A stretch of DNA of 63,998 nt, counting the filler, from Hyphochytrium catenoides (Eukaryota > Protista > Hyphochytriomycota), in NCBI GenBank assembly GCA_900088475.1. It is 7 parts of 7 records of this genome, joined end to end, with 100 filler letters (N's around TTAATTAATTAA, not from the genome) between each part and the next. Parts side by side here need not be neighbours in the genome. Positions count along the whole stretch, not along the records: positions 14,052 to 45,255 come from FLMG01003842.1; positions 45,356 to 50,390 come from FLMG01004725.1; 5 more parts are not named here. The stretch is one strand, 5' to 3'. Every line of letters begins with the position of its first letter. The stretch's first letter is position 1. Under the pieces are notes generated by a model that searched no databases, was not told where the DNA came from, and saw only the letters and a program-made list of their open reading frames with translations. This document shows positions 35,520-48,820 of this stretch, one piece after another. The position numbers and the translations under genes were made by a program.

Positions 35520-38500
35520 CAGAGAGACAGAGAGACAGAGAGACAGGGAGACAGAGAGAGGGAGAGAGGGACAGACAGACAGACAGACAGACACAGACAG
35601 ACAGACAGACAGACAGAGAGAGAGAGGAAACGACTATGAGAGGAAGGCCGAAGACAGAGAAAGACAGGAAGAGAGAGAGACCAGAAGAGAGTACCAGAAA
35701 GGGAAGTGAGTCTGTGTGAGAGAGTGAGACAGTGGTGTGAGAGAGAGGGGAGCCGAGTGAAGGAAGAAGAAGAGACAGGATGAGAGCGAGTGACGCGAAG
35801 AGAGAGACAGTGAGAGATCAAGAAGGAAGAGTGCTCAAACCCAGCACCTTTAGACGAGGGGAAGATCTAGATAAAAGATGAGGAGAGTGAAAGAAGAGGA
35901 CAACAAGCGGATGACAGCCCTTTAGTCTTTTTTTTCTAGAATAAAAAGGAGGAGGAGAGAGGAGACATAGATGGACATTAGGGAAGACCGTCCCACTGTC
36001 TGCCCCATCAGTAAACGAGAGAAAGGAAGAGAGAGAGCTAAAGAGAAGAGGCAAGTGGGAGGGATGATGTAGTACAAGTGAAGCAGGGAATAGAATCCCA
36101 TTGAGGGCATCTGTCTGGTGGGCCGTGGACCCCATCTCCATGCTCTCTCGATGGATCTTGCACCTTGTTCCTCTGTCGATCAGTCTCTGCTGCAGAGAAC
36201 CACCAGCAGCAGCTGCTTGTTCATCCTTCATCCTTCATCAGGCTGATGGAAGGGCCGGGCCGCCTCGCCCCATAACATAGCAGCCAGTCAGCACCAGGAC
36301 ATAGGAAATCACTTCTTACACCGCCCTGTCCCCTCTCTTCCCTCCTTTCCTCTTGATAATTCCTCCTCTTCCTCTTCTCTCCTCCCTGCGTTTCCCGTCG
36401 CTGGTCCTGCAAGAGCCATTGCCTTATGAAGAGATCGCGCTGCCCAGTACAAAGGCCAGTGGCCAGTGCATAGAAATTTGTTTCCCATCCTCTTTGACCC
36501 CGTTCAGTTCCCTCAGACCTCTGTCTATCGTCAGCTTCACCTCCATCCTGCTGTTTCTTCTTCTTCTCCCAATCCTCAGACAGGAGCCTTTCTCCTCATC
36601 AGTCTCGTCTCGCCTCGTCGTCTCCTACCGAGCCCCATCAATAGTTCGTCATAACCTTGAAGAACCAGATGTCAGGTCTGACCGTAGCTGCCCCTTGAGG
36701 TGGGATATACTGTCCTGACAAGACACTGACTACGAAGAGTAGATTGGCTATATTAAGGCTATGAAGAGGAGCGCCGGGGCTTGTTGATAGTAGGGACCGC
36801 TGTCGAGCGTCGTTAGGTACGCAGTGAGCCCTTCGCCCTCCATCTAGAGTAGCGGCTAGTGATTAACCTCTTGCAGCTCCACTGGCAAGGACAGAGATTA
36901 CCTTTTTCTTTCTCAGCTAAGTTTTAGCGGTGCTGCATTTTATAAAGTCATTGAAGGGACGGCGATGTAAACAGACACGCCCAAAAACTGCCAAGAGTCC
37001 TCGCTAATTTCTTCTACCCGCATCTGTCTTCTCAGCGCCGGGGTCCCGGCGTAGCGCCGCCTGCTCTCACCCTACTATTTCCTTTGCGCCATTTCAGCCA
37101 GCTGTTGCAGCGCCCCATACCTACCCCGTATTATGGTAGCAAACCCTTTGCCAAATTGTCGCCGTCGAAGGACTCTGTCACTTATACAATGTGTCAACAA
37201 CAGGGTGACTTGCTTGGCTCTCACTGACACATCTCACTAAAGATGGGTGTCGTTGGATATGGGGTGCTTCAAGCTCATCCCTTCAAACTGGTTTTATCCA
37301 ACAACTGAACGTACAACGGGATTCTGCCTGGTTGTCCTTGTGAGCCCACCCACATTTCGACAGGAGGAGGAGGGGTGGCTGAGCGTCATAATAATCCATA
37401 AAGCGAGGAGGCAAGACCGACATGGTGGTTAGCCTGCTGCTGGTGGCTCATTGGAAGCTAATGGGCTCCGACAGAGAGGATGGTAACCTGGGGCTCAATT
37501 AATGGTGAGGTGTCCACTATCATCTTGAGGTTGGATGGAGGTTACAACAGCTTCTCTACGGTTCGCTTAGAGCTCCTGCTCCTCATGTCTTGCTGAATAT
37601 TCACCCTCCTGTATCTCAAGACGGCTATGCATGCATTGGCTTTCGTCTCTTGTGCTCAGGTCCAATTAGACACTCTAACGATAATTGCCAGCTTGGTGTT
37701 CACAGTCAGGTAATACTACAGCGCTGCTGGTGGAAGGACAAAAAGAAGAGATGAAGGACATATCCGGTACCTACCACCAGAAGACAACGCGGTCACATGG
37801 CCCGGCGCCGAGGGATCTATACCCTCTGGTTCAGGATGATGAGGTGAAGGCTACTTTCTCTAGAAGAGCCACCGCATGGTCATTGTTCTTATCATTAAGA
37901 AACCTGGAAAGAGACTAGCGGGGATATGCACCACTTCCTCCCAGATCATCGTGTAATGCTACATTGATGAAGCTTCGAAAGACTTCGTGGCTGTCATAAT
38001 CCGTCGCTGTAAAGGTCTTCATCTCTCGCTTATGTTAAGCAATAGCCCAATATGTTTAGCTCATCAAGACTTATTAGCTAGACTACTGACCTTCGTCCTC
38101 CTCTCATCTTTTTCTACTCAAAGGCCCCGGTGCGGCGCCTATAGCTTGGTCCCAACTACTGATGCCTTAACCTTCCACCACCGAGACGGCGGCACTGCCC
38201 ATGGCCCAAAGGTGCGCCGCGCCAGCGGCTTGCGCGTTCATCTTGTGGGCCACTCTTCGCAGAAGGGACACGTCAAGCAGAGGTGTGATGGTAGATGATT
38301 TGTAGTGTTCTCAAAAGGTGTCATCGCCGATTGGGGCATGTCAACACATTCGCCTATCCCCTTCCTCCTCCCTTACTGATGTCGTCATTGTGACACGTAC
38401 TTTCTTTGTCTTTCTCTTTGCTGATCCTCTTCTACGACGGCCTCACTTTCAAAATGTGTAACCACGACCCGGTCAGTCAAATGTGCGCCATGATGCAGTG

Positions 38501-38746
38501 CAGCGATTCTGAGATGAAAGCAGTGTCTACAGCTACCAATAATGAGATCAACGGAGACATTGTTGATCAGCGGAGGTTTGATGCGTCAAGAAGCTTCTCA
38601 TGAGGGAGAGAAATAGTACTGTCTCAGCTTTTAGAGAGAAGAAGTCGTAGAGGTTAAATCAGCTTTACTTGGTGGAGACTGAGCGTTGCGATAGTGACGG
38701 ACAGACAGAGNNNNNNNNNNNNNNNNNNNNNNNNNNNNNNNNNNNN

Positions 38747-38782
<36 letters not shown>

Positions 38783-39618
38783 GCTGTGTCGGGCAGTGGA
38801 GGTTGCGATAAAAAGCTCAGGTCCCGGACGAGGCCGTGTAACCTCTCCACCAGCACTTGCCGTCCGTTACATGATTCCGACCCTATCTGACAGGTCCACT
38901 AAGCCCATTTTAGATTAGTTTAGCAGCTCTGACCCTTGTAGAGAGACCTGAATAGTGTAGTTATGTTTTCCTCTCGTATCTCGCTCCACTCTGTCTCGCT
39001 TGTAACTAATATTATTCAAGATAGCTCCTACCTCTATTAATCTCTGTCACAGATCATCCCCTTTGGAACCTGTTCCTATGTTTGATCAGATAAACGCAAG
39101 CTATTCCCAAGGGATCAGAGCCCCTGTGCTCAATGAAACACTGGCATAGGGCACTGCCCCCTCACCCACACATCTATTGCTACTTCATCCCAATATTATT
39201 GTGGGAAAGACCTATTCCCAGCGTAGGTTGCACCTCTTTGGTTGTACCTGATTATTAACCGCTTGGGTCTCGATAAGGACCACGTAGCAACCACGGCGCT
39301 TATCAGTTGTTCTTATCCTTCGCCGCCTCGCCTACAGATATGCGGTGCAGGGAGTGAGTGTGGCTGACCGGTTCCACGACGTCTCTCGTGATCACTCTGT
39401 CTCACTGGGGTTCGCCAAAGTATATACTTCTATTCCTTCTCCTCGTACTATTCAGCGCCTTTATGCGTCACACTGTCTTGCGGCGGCGCATCCTCTCCCA
39501 CTTGCGTATGGTGTCCACGCTGACTCGCTTTCTCTTCGTCTCTTCTTCCCCTCCTCCTCCTCCTTGCTTCTCTCTCGTGCTCACTCTTAGAAAGAGCAAC
39601 GTCAAGTTTGGTAAGCTA

Positions 39619-39659
<41 letters not shown>

Positions 39660-40103
39660 CTCTCTCTCGCGCTCTCCTTTCTCTCTTCTCTCTCTCAATC
39701 TCTCTCTCTCTTTTCTTCGATTCTGCCCTCTCACATTGTCTCCCCCTCTCTCTTCTCTCTCTTTCATCTCTCTCTCCAGGTGTCTTTTCTCTTGCAGCTT
39801 CAGCACTCCACTCCGTACAAGCGGTTAGTGGACCAAAGGGTGCATGGCAAGGCAGGCGGCAGAAGAGCTTGACTTGGCAGGCTGCAGCCGTGGTGGGAGC
39901 TTTCAGACCTGGAAAGTCTAGCAAGAGGACCAATCGAAGAATTGACAAGAGAGACAAGGAGCAGGACGGAAGGAAAGACTCTGGCAGGGAATGAGTGGCG
40001 TGAGCTGACCTCCACCCGCTCCGCAACCCTCTCTTGTCTCGCTTTCTCTCTCTCTCTCTCTTGCCTCGCTTCGTCTCTCTTCCCACCTCTACTACTCAGA
40101 CAG

Positions 40104-41357
40104 ATGACGGGTCAGCTGTTTACTGAGTTTAGGCCAGTGGAGCTTCTGCCCAGCTGGCGTGGGCGCCAGGTCGAATGTAAGACAAGTCCGGACCTATGGG
40201 TGACGGAGGTTATTGGACTGCTTCTGAAGCAGAAAGGACAGGAGCGAGACGAGCTGGTCAGTTCATTTCCGGCCGTGGACGCTCTTCAGGAGGAGGTTCC
40301 CACGGTAGACCTGGAGCTTCCGTCGGGCCCGACACTCAGCGAGCTTTGGACCCGTCTTCCCTCTCTCTCAGGGTGCATCCTCTTTGTCTCTTGGGTCTTC
40401 CGCTTTCTCTTCTTGTTAGTGCAAGGCTGCCTTGCCTGGGTAGTCTTCTTTAAGTTTATCATCGGGGCCGACTCTCTTTCTTCCTTCTTTATCCATCTTT
40501 CTGTCTGGACTGGCTGGGTCTATCTCCTCATCCTCGGCCGCGACTACTGCAGGAAGGCCTCGGCGGACCTGCGGCCAATCTATGACCATGCAGAGCTATT
40601 TATCGTTGTCTCTCTCTTGATGGTCATCTGCAACAACGTTGCTTTCTTCTTTCACGTGCCCAGGCGAGAGGTTCTCTTCGATTTTGGGCACTTTCTTGTT
40701 CCCGAACTACCACGGGAGTCGGTCTTTAGAAAGATAGGAGAAGGGATGACCAGCACCCTTCCCATTCTATGCGCTGTGTTGACGATGTTCCAGAGCGCGG
40801 AAGGAAGAGTCAAGTCATTCTGTGACTTCTTCCGCATCGCGTCCATTGTTTACTTGTTAAGAGCCTTCACGGTCTTCTGGACCTCACTGCCCGGGCCGGC
40901 TCCTCACTGCAGAGACCTAAACACTTATAGGTCCCCATCTGGCTGGCTGGACATGGTGACTAACATCCATGCCATGTACGGGCATTGTAACACTTGTGGA
41001 GATCTCATCTTCAGTGGCCATACTGCTTTCACACTCACGGCCGCCTTGTTGCTTGGACGGAAACTGGATCGGTCGTGGAGATTCTCTCTTCTCCGCTGGC
41101 TGGGGATTGCCTCCTACCAGGGAACGGTTCTATTTCTAATCGTTGCTGGGCGCAAGCACTACACTGTAGATGTCGTGCTTGGTGTGATCGTCACCTTCCT
41201 CGTTTTCTTTCACTTTGAAGACTCATGGACGCCACACTGGGCCAAGGCCCAGCCGCAGCAGGCACGGCCGGTGAGCAGAGCGCCCAAGTGTCCTCTGCCT
41301 AGCCCTCACAAGGAGCTGACACTTTGTGGGGTGCAGCAGCTGTCAGGGATCGTCTGA
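40104..41357 (+). CDS. Inositol phosphorylceramide/sphingomyelin synthase-family protein (copy 1), no intron in the catalytic region
   Basis: Multi-TM ORF with LFDFGHFLVPE, TSLPGPAPHC, CGDLIFSGHT and RKHYTVDV (His-His-Asp catalytic set). Start is uncertain: first ATG at 40104, possible upstream exons at ~39340-39990. Confidence 0.88.
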   Translation: MTGQLFTEFRPVELLPSWRGRQVECKTSPDLWVTEVIGLLLKQKGQERDELVSSFPAVDALQEEVPTVDLELPSGPTLSELWTRLPSLSGCILFVSWVFRFLFLLVQGCLAWVVFFKFIIGADSLSSFFIHLSVWTGWVYLLILGRDYCRKASADLRPIYDHAELFIVVSLLMVICNNVAFFFHVPRREVLFDFGHFLVPELPRESVFRKIGEGMTSTLPILCAVLTMFQSAEGRVKSFCDFFRIASIVYLLRAFTVFWTSLPGPAPHCRDLNTYRSPSGWLDMVTNIHAMYGHCNTCGDLIFSGHTAFTLTAALLLGRKLDRSWRFSLLRWLGIASYQGTVLFLIVAGRKHYTVDVVLGVIVTFLVFFHFEDSWTPHWAKAQPQQARPVSRAPKCPLPSPHKELTLCGVQQLSGIV

Positions 41358-41742
41358 AGCTTTTCCTTATCTGCAGGCAGTTTGTCAGCCAAACATCTTT
41401 GCCTATTGTTACTTGCTCTCTCTCTCTGTACACATAAAGCCCAGAACCCTAAGTTAATCTACAATGAAATAGATGCTAATCCATCCCCTAGCGGCTCAGC
41501 TTTCGACAATTACCCCCTGTTTACGGGCTCCATCTCTCGTGTGGGTGCAGCGATTGCCTTTAGATTGCGGGTGTCTGTTGGACACCTAAGGCACAGAAGG
41601 TAGAAGGGACTGAAAGGCCCAGATTGGCAAAGAGGTCTTGCCTTTGAAAGCTCATCAATAAATACTATTAGCCATAAATAGTGGTAAGAAAAAATAGAAG
41701 TGAGTGACAACGCGGAAGAGAAGCATCGCCCTAGTCCTAACA

Positions 41743-42990
41743 TTAGCAGATGAACTCGCCTTCTTCGTGCGGTACCGGCTCTGTCTCGTCCTCCAGACAT
41801 TTAAGCATGACACATGCCGTGGCCTCATCACTCAGCTGCGATACCTCTTGAGCACTCTCCGCCAGGTACTTTAATATCTCATGACGTGAGTAGCTCTCCA
41901 GCGGGCGGCGTCGAGGATCCCAAGAGTGCTCAAAGAGACAGAACGCAAGACTGACGACTATCACAGCAATGGTAACGTCTATAGAGTAGTGCTTCCGGCC
42001 GCCAATGATAAGATAGAGAATGGTTCCTTGGTAGAAGAGTAGGGCCGCCCACCGAAGAGAAGAGAAGCCCCAATAACGGTCTAGCTTACGCCCGAAGAGC
42101 AATGTAGCGGTGAGCGTAAGAGCCGTGTGTCCACTAAAAATCAGATCTCCGCAGCTCTTGGCTCCGCCGTACATCCCCTGCAGTTGCGTCACCACCTCAA
42201 TCCAGTCAGCCGGCGGATGATAGTTCTCGCTGTCAATTCTGCAGTGTGGCGCGGGGCCAGGCAGAGAGGTCAGCGGGACAGTGAGAGCGCGAAGGAAGTA
42301 TGCAATCCCAGCAATCCTGAAGAAGTCGCAGAACGACTTAATCCTCCCTTCATGCGATTGGAAGCTTGTGAGGAAGGCACAGCCCACAGGCAGGGCGATC
42401 GTCATCACCTCACCCAGGATGCGGAGCCAAGAGTGAACTGGCTGCTCCGGAATGAGGGCGAATCCTAGATCGAAGAGAAGCCGCTTGGATGGCGTGTGCA
42501 GGTAAAAAGCAACATTATTCGAGAGAACCATGATCAAGCTGATGCCGATGAAAATCTCCGCATGGTCAAATATGGCACGCAGATCTCCCGAGCGCACTCT
42601 GGCGCTGTATCTCAGCAGGACAATGATGCCGAACCAGATCTGCCACATCGCATAGTTGATAAACCGCGTCTTGTCATCCGTGGCCCCAACTACCTTGCTG
42701 AAAAAGACAGCCCAGAGCAATACTTCCTGAGCCAAGATAACGAGGAAGCAAATGATCCAAGCCAGAATGGTGAGAAACTCCCTAAGAGTAGGCGTCCGGC
42801 TCCAAAGGTGGGCGAATCCTGGCTGGATCTCTGTCTTCGCATGTTGCCCACTGAGCACCTGCTGGCCCTTCACTTGCTCTAATGTGAAAGACAAGTTGAG
42901 AGCGGCCTCATCAATCTCAGACACCTTTCTCTTCGCAAATCCTTGTCTGGCCGCAGCGCTCCGCACCATAAGCTGCGTCACTACGTCCAT
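41743..42990 (-). CDS. Inositol phosphorylceramide/sphingomyelin synthase-family protein (copy 2), intronless
   Basis: 415-aa multi-TM ORF with LFDLGFALIPE, TSLPGPAPHC, CGDLIFSGHT and RKHYSIDV; collinear with copy 1. Confidence 0.9.
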   Translation of the reverse strand: MDVVTQLMVRSAAARQGFAKRKVSEIDEAALNLSFTLEQVKGQQVLSGQHAKTEIQPGFAHLWSRTPTLREFLTILAWIICFLVILAQEVLLWAVFFSKVVGATDDKTRFINYAMWQIWFGIIVLLRYSARVRSGDLRAIFDHAEIFIGISLIMVLSNNVAFYLHTPSKRLLFDLGFALIPEQPVHSWLRILGEVMTIALPVGCAFLTSFQSHEGRIKSFCDFFRIAGIAYFLRALTVPLTSLPGPAPHCRIDSENYHPPADWIEVVTQLQGMYGGAKSCGDLIFSGHTALTLTATLLFGRKLDRYWGFSSLRWAALLFYQGTILYLIIGGRKHYSIDVTIAVIVVSLAFCLFEHSWDPRRRPLESYSRHEILKYLAESAQEVSQLSDEATACVMLKCLEDETEPVPHEEGEFIC

Positions 42991-43349
42991 CCCAGAGATC
43001 GCCTAGGGTCCTATTGGCTTGGCTATCAACTGGTCAGCCTCTAATATCTCTCCTCAAGTTCCTTATTTCTATGTCTCCTGATAACAGCACAAGGCCCCGA
43101 GCTGAGAGACTCAGGAATAGCAGGAGGGAGAGATATCCTGGCAGAGCTTTGTCCTATAGAATATTATGAAGGATCACTGCCCAACAGCTGGCCCCGCCCC
43201 ACAGCTTCAGGAAGAGCTTGGCGCCTCTGCTGTGTCGTTCTTTTTATGGTCTGCCGCGACAACAATCCTCTCGCTCCTTCCTGAGCGTGACATCAACCAG
43301 CGTTTCCTGAGTCAGACCTCTCTTCTCCTCTCGCTCTCGCTCTCGCTCT

Positions 43350-43394
<45 letters not shown>

Positions 43395-43477
43395 TCCCCC
43401 ACGTCTCTCACCAGTCTCCTTGTCTTCTCCTCTGCTCTGTTTCTTGTGGGTAAAAGCCTTTTTGGCAGCCTCTACTA

Positions 43478-43516
<39 letters not shown>

Positions 43517-45355
43517 TCTCTGTCTCTGTCTCTGTCTCTCACATCGTGGTTTTCTTGCTCTGTCTTTTGTTCGCAAGTTCTCTCTTCTCTCTTCTTCTCT
43601 GTCTCTAATAGCCTGGTCCAACCCCTGCAAACAAGTCCGGGAGGAGGTCTGAGGAGATTGTGGGATGGTTTCTCGTGCAGAAACTAGGAAAAGGAGGGCA
43701 GGGAGAGCGGGTGAAGGGAGAGGGGGCAGGAGGGGCAGGACGATGGAAAATTTCGGCCACCGGGCTTTTTTGCTAGGTAAAGACAGAGAAAGAAACGAAG
43801 GAAGTATGGGAAAGGAACCAGAGAACAGAGAGAGAGAGAGAGGAGAGAACAGAGAAAAGGGTGCAAAAGGAAGAGAGATTCTGACGACTAGACAGACACT
43901 TAGGCCAGGGCGGATGGGCGCACGCGGTGAAACAGCGAGGGGATTTGAAGATAATAACAGGTGGGTGGGAGAGGCGGCTCTTATAGGTAAGAGTTAGGGC
44001 GGGTGGGTGATAGTACCGTCCTGGGCCATGGGATGGCCGGTCATTTTCAAAGACTGTCGACATTCACTCGCCGCCCACCCATCCTAGAAAGGTTTTGGTT
44101 CCTCCGCCTTCTTTCTTTCCTCTCTTCCCCCCCCAGAACATGTCTAGGCTAACTCTGTCTTTATCAGAGTACGCTCTGTCTCCAAGCTTGTATAGTAAAG
44201 CTCATGTCTTTACTGGTATCTCTCCCATTCACTATTCCATATCCTTCCTCTCTGTCTTGCGCTATCGCCATGGGATGTCACCTGATTCGCTGTTGGAAAG
44301 CCACGCTTTTGTCCAGTTCTCTGCTCACCCTTTTCTCTCCGCCTAACTAATAATTCCTCGCGCTATCGTCCAACCCAGCTGGCTCTGCCCCTTGGGGCCC
44401 TTATCTCTTCCCGCTCTGTCTCTTACCATTACCGCTATACCTATAAATAATTTCCTCTCCTCATTATCGGTCTAGTAGCGGATGTGCTGGTGTCTAGGAT
44501 CTCTTGGCTCTTGTCCTCCCCATGCCTTTTTGAATATTTTCAGGGACCAGGTATAGTCTACTTCGCTCTCTATAACAGACAACAGCCAAGCGGCGGTTCC
44601 AAAAAGTTACTCGCTGTCGGCTAAGAAAGAGTAGAGGGAAGCTTATAGAAGTTATAGGACAAAGCATAGAGAAGGAGATGGGCAAGGGCATCACATCAGG
44701 AAGGAGGGAGACCCATGATGATGGACCCTTCGAGTCCCATGATCGACAGAGAAAGAAAGATCGACCAAGCGATCTGAGTTTTGAGCTCTGCCTTCAGGGG
44801 ACACACTAACTTTACGAAAGTGTGCCTGGCTGAAGTTGTTCCCGCGTGCTCCCGTCTAAGGTCTTGGTTGCTTCTGTATCTCCGCTGCATGTTTCCTCTT
44901 TCCCCCTTCTTATTATTTCTCTCCAGCAACTTGGCCTATCAGAAGTGTATGTTTCCTTGTGCAGTGTGCATGTCTCGGGCCAGGAACTCAAAACAAGAAG
45001 AAGCAGCACGAATTTCCTTTGTACTTTGACTTGGAGGCTTATTCCAACCCAGATACCAAGAGCCGTCAGTAAAATCGGCAAGAGCTCAGCTACTATCTTT
45101 TGTGCGAGGCGCTGCGTTTAATGCCTGGTGGTAAGGTCGGTAATGTGCCATAGTTTCGGTCAATAATATTGATATGAGAACTGGGCAGGACCATCACTCT
45201 CTTTATTGACTCTACCTTGCTCTTTCTTCCTCTCTCTCTCTCTCTCTCTCTCTCTNNNNNNNNNNNNNNNNNNNNNNNNNNNNNNNNNNNNNNNNNNNNT
45301 TAATTAATTAANNNNNNNNNNNNNNNNNNNNNNNNNNNNNNNNNNNNNNNNNNNN

Positions 45356-45974
45356 CTCTCTCAGTCTTTCTCTGTATGTCATCTTGCTTCTTCTCTCTCT
45401 CTTTTCCTCTTCTTCATCTTAGGTTAGCTCCTCATAGCTCACCGCGACTCTCTCCGACTCCTCTTTTCTTCCGCTCTTTCTCTTTATCTCTACTACTCTC
45501 TGCCTGCGCCTCTCTCTCTTTCCCTTCCTTTTCCTTACACCGCCACCTCCTGCCTCTCTCTCTCTCTCTCTCTCTCCCTCTCTCTCTCCCTCTTCCGTTC
45601 TCTCCTCCCCTTCTGACTGCAGGAAGGGGCGTCGAAGGCCGTCCTCGCCCACTTTTTCTCTCTTTCTCTATCCCGGCCGCTCCTCTCTCTCGTCTCTTCT
45701 GACCCCGTGGAAAAGTGTCGAGAGCTGGCGTTAGAGCTTTGCCTCTCTCTCTCTTCTGAAGTCCTGGACGATTGCAGAGAGTTCCTCAGGCAGTTTGCCC
45801 CTGTTTTCAAGGTAGAGAGCTTTCCTTTCCGTCTCCTGATTTTCTCTTTAGCTGTGTCTCTCTCTCCTCTGCTGTCCTCATTCGTCCGGTTCTATGCCTC
45901 TCTCTCTGTCTTCCTCCCTCTTTCTCCCCTTGTGCTGATGCCTCCCATCCGCTGATCGTCACTGCTCTGTACCC

Positions 45975-46016
<42 letters not shown>

Positions 46017-47193
46017 CTCTGTCTCTTTCTCTCTGTCTTCGCTCTCTCTTTCTGTTCATCTGTCTCTTCCTGCCCGCTGTCGGTCCCTTTCCTCTCTTGC
46101 CTGTCTCTTTCTTTCTTTCTCTCTCTCTCTCTCTCTTTCTTTCTTCCTTTCTCTATTCTCCACTTTTTCTCTTTCTCTCGCTGTTCTCTCCGCCTCTTGC
46201 TTCTCGATGTTTTCCTTCTCTTCCTTTCTGAGGGATCGCCTGTACTCTCTCTCTCCTCCTTCCTTTTCGGAATAGGCACGAGCAGGAGAGACTCCCTTTC
46301 CCGAACCAGCGGAAGAGCTCCGCTTACAGCTTCTCGAGCTTCTCTCTTCTCTCCTTTCTTCCTTGAAAACGTCAGGTCTTCNNNNNNNNNNNNNNNNNNN
46401 NNNNNNNNNNNNNNNNNNNNNNNNNNNNNNNNNNNNNNNNNNNNNNNNNNNNNNNNNNNNNNNNNNNNNNNNNNNNNNNNNNNNNNNNNCAATTCTCCTT
46501 CTCTCTCTCCTCTTCTTGACGAGGCAGCCTTTCCTATTTTGAAGAGAGTAGCGCTTGACGGTGTTCCTCTTGTTCGGAAAGAGGTTGTCTCTCTCTCTTC
46601 CCTTTGGCTTCGCTCTCTCCCACCAAGTTTAGAGCTTGATGGACAGATTCTCCCTCTTCTTCTTGGTGGACTGGCAGACGAGTCGGAAGAGATCCAGGTT
46701 TCTCTTACTTTTTTCTCTTTAGCTCTTCCTTTCCTCCCCTTCTTTCAAAAATTCTGCGGTGTTGGTCTCTAGCGCCGAGCTAAGGGCCTATTCTTTCTTT
46801 CTCTCTGGCCCGCTTCTTTCTCCCTCTCTCTCTCATTCTCTGCTTCACTTCCTCTTTCCTTGTTGTCCTCTCTCTCTCTCTCTCTCTTTCTCTATATTGA
46901 GATACAATGACGTCAGGAATTGGCATTTTTCCTCTCTCTCTTTTCTCTCTCACATGCATTCTTCAATTTTGCACCTCTTCTGGTACCTCCCCGTTCAATT
47001 TCCCTTTCATGCTTCGCCCCTCAATCCACTTTCTCTCTCTCTTCTCTTGCTTGCCATCTCATTGGTTTGTCCCTCTCGCTGTGTCCTCCCATCCTTTTCT
47101 TCGATGTTACCTCTCCCGCCATTTTCTCTCTTTCTCGTTTCTCTCTCTTTCGCTCTCGCTCGCCCTCTTTCTTTCTCTCTTGTTCTCTCTCTT

Positions 47194-47252
<59 letters not shown>

Positions 47253-48781
47253 TCTATCTCTCTCGTGTTTGTCTATCCTCTTTCTTCACTGTTAGAGTTT
47301 TGCGGTAGGCGAGCTGCTCAGTTTGAACTGTCACTGGGAAGCGCTGGCTAAGCAGTTGGACGTTAGCCTTGAAGAGTATGAGATTAGGAAAGAGCAAGAG
47401 GGAGAGAATTTTTCTCCTTTCTCTTCGAAACCAGGAGCAGGGATCACTTGGAGAGTGACAAGGTCCTCTCTCCCTTTCTCTCTCTCTGTCTCTCTCTCTC
47501 TTTCGCCCCTTGTTCGCTTCTCCTCATATGGTCCTGTCTGACATGAGTCCTCTCTCTCTTTCTCTCTCACCTATCTCTTCTCTCCTCTCTCCTTTTCTGT
47601 CTCCGTCTCTCTCTCTCTGAGTACTCCTTTGCTTTCAGACTATCTTCACATTGATTCATCTGTCCAACACATGGATTCCTCTCTCGGTAACGCCTAATTC
47701 TTACTCCTCTCCTCCCGTTGTTTCTCTTTTAACGTCTTTCTCTTTGCAGTCTTCTCCCCCGGATGCTCCCTCCAATATTGGAGGACACTGGAAACTGGAC
47801 GGTAAGAGCTCTCCCCTCTTCTTTTCTTTGAATCCTTGTTCTTTCTCTCTCTCTCTCTCTCGCTCTCGCTCTGTATTTCTTCCTTGTTTGTTCTCTCTCT
47901 GTGTGTTTCTCTTTCCTTCTCTCGTCTCTAAAAGTTCCGTCCATCCAATTACCAGTCTCTCCCCGTCGCTTCTTGCCTCCTCTGCGGTGCTTTCTGTTTC
48001 TTTTTCTCTGTTTCTCTCGCTTCTCTCTCTCTCTCTCCCTTTCTCTCCAGTAAGGAGACAGACTTAAGCTTTGGCTCAGGCGCTGACAAGGGCGAGATCT
48101 GCGTCTGTTCTTCGGGTCATCATCCTCATCACAGGAGACAGAGTGCAGCCTTTTATAGAGAATATCCTAGCTGTATGTGTCTCTCTCTCTTTCCCTCTCT
48201 CGTTTTTCTCTTTCTCTCTTTCCTCTTTCTTTTCTTTCAATCTCTCTCTCTCGCTTTATCTCTCTTAGGCTCTCCCTGTTTGTTGGCGTCTGGGCACTTT
48301 CTGCGATTTTCTGACTGGACCTACTTCCTGCTCTGCCCGAACATATTTTGTCTATGGCTTCGCGTCTCGTTGCCTCTTTCCCGATGCTTTTTCTGCATCT
48401 CTCTCTCCATGGCTCACTCACTTTCTTAATGATTCGCTTGGATCTCTCTTCGTCTCTCTCCCTCTCTCTTTCTCTCCGCCCCCCTCCTCTCTTTCTCTTC
48501 ACCCCTCTCTCTCTCCTTCTCTCTCTTGTTTTCAACTCTCTCTCTCTCTCTCCCTGTCTCTCTATTTTCACCTCTCTCTCTCTCTCTTTTGGTGTCAACT
48601 TTCTCGGTGTTTCTCTCTCCCTTCCAGACACTCTCCCGCACCTGTCGAGATGAGAAGGCTGAAGTATCTGCGGCAGTGTCTGCCTGCATGAGCACCATCA
48701 GCAGAGCTGTAGAGCCCAACGTCACGCTCACAATTCTTAGCTCCAAGGTGGAAACTGTGCTACGCACTGAAAAGGCTTTCT

Positions 48782-48820
<39 letters not shown>

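Noticed and set aside
38836-39336. Possible solo LTR (TGTAAC...CCTACA)
   Set aside because: No target-site duplication, PBS or second copy in the window.
39340-39995. Possible small spliced gene or 5' exons of IPC synthase copy 1
   Set aside because: Splice-like signals exist, but I could not build a consistent frame or recognise a product.
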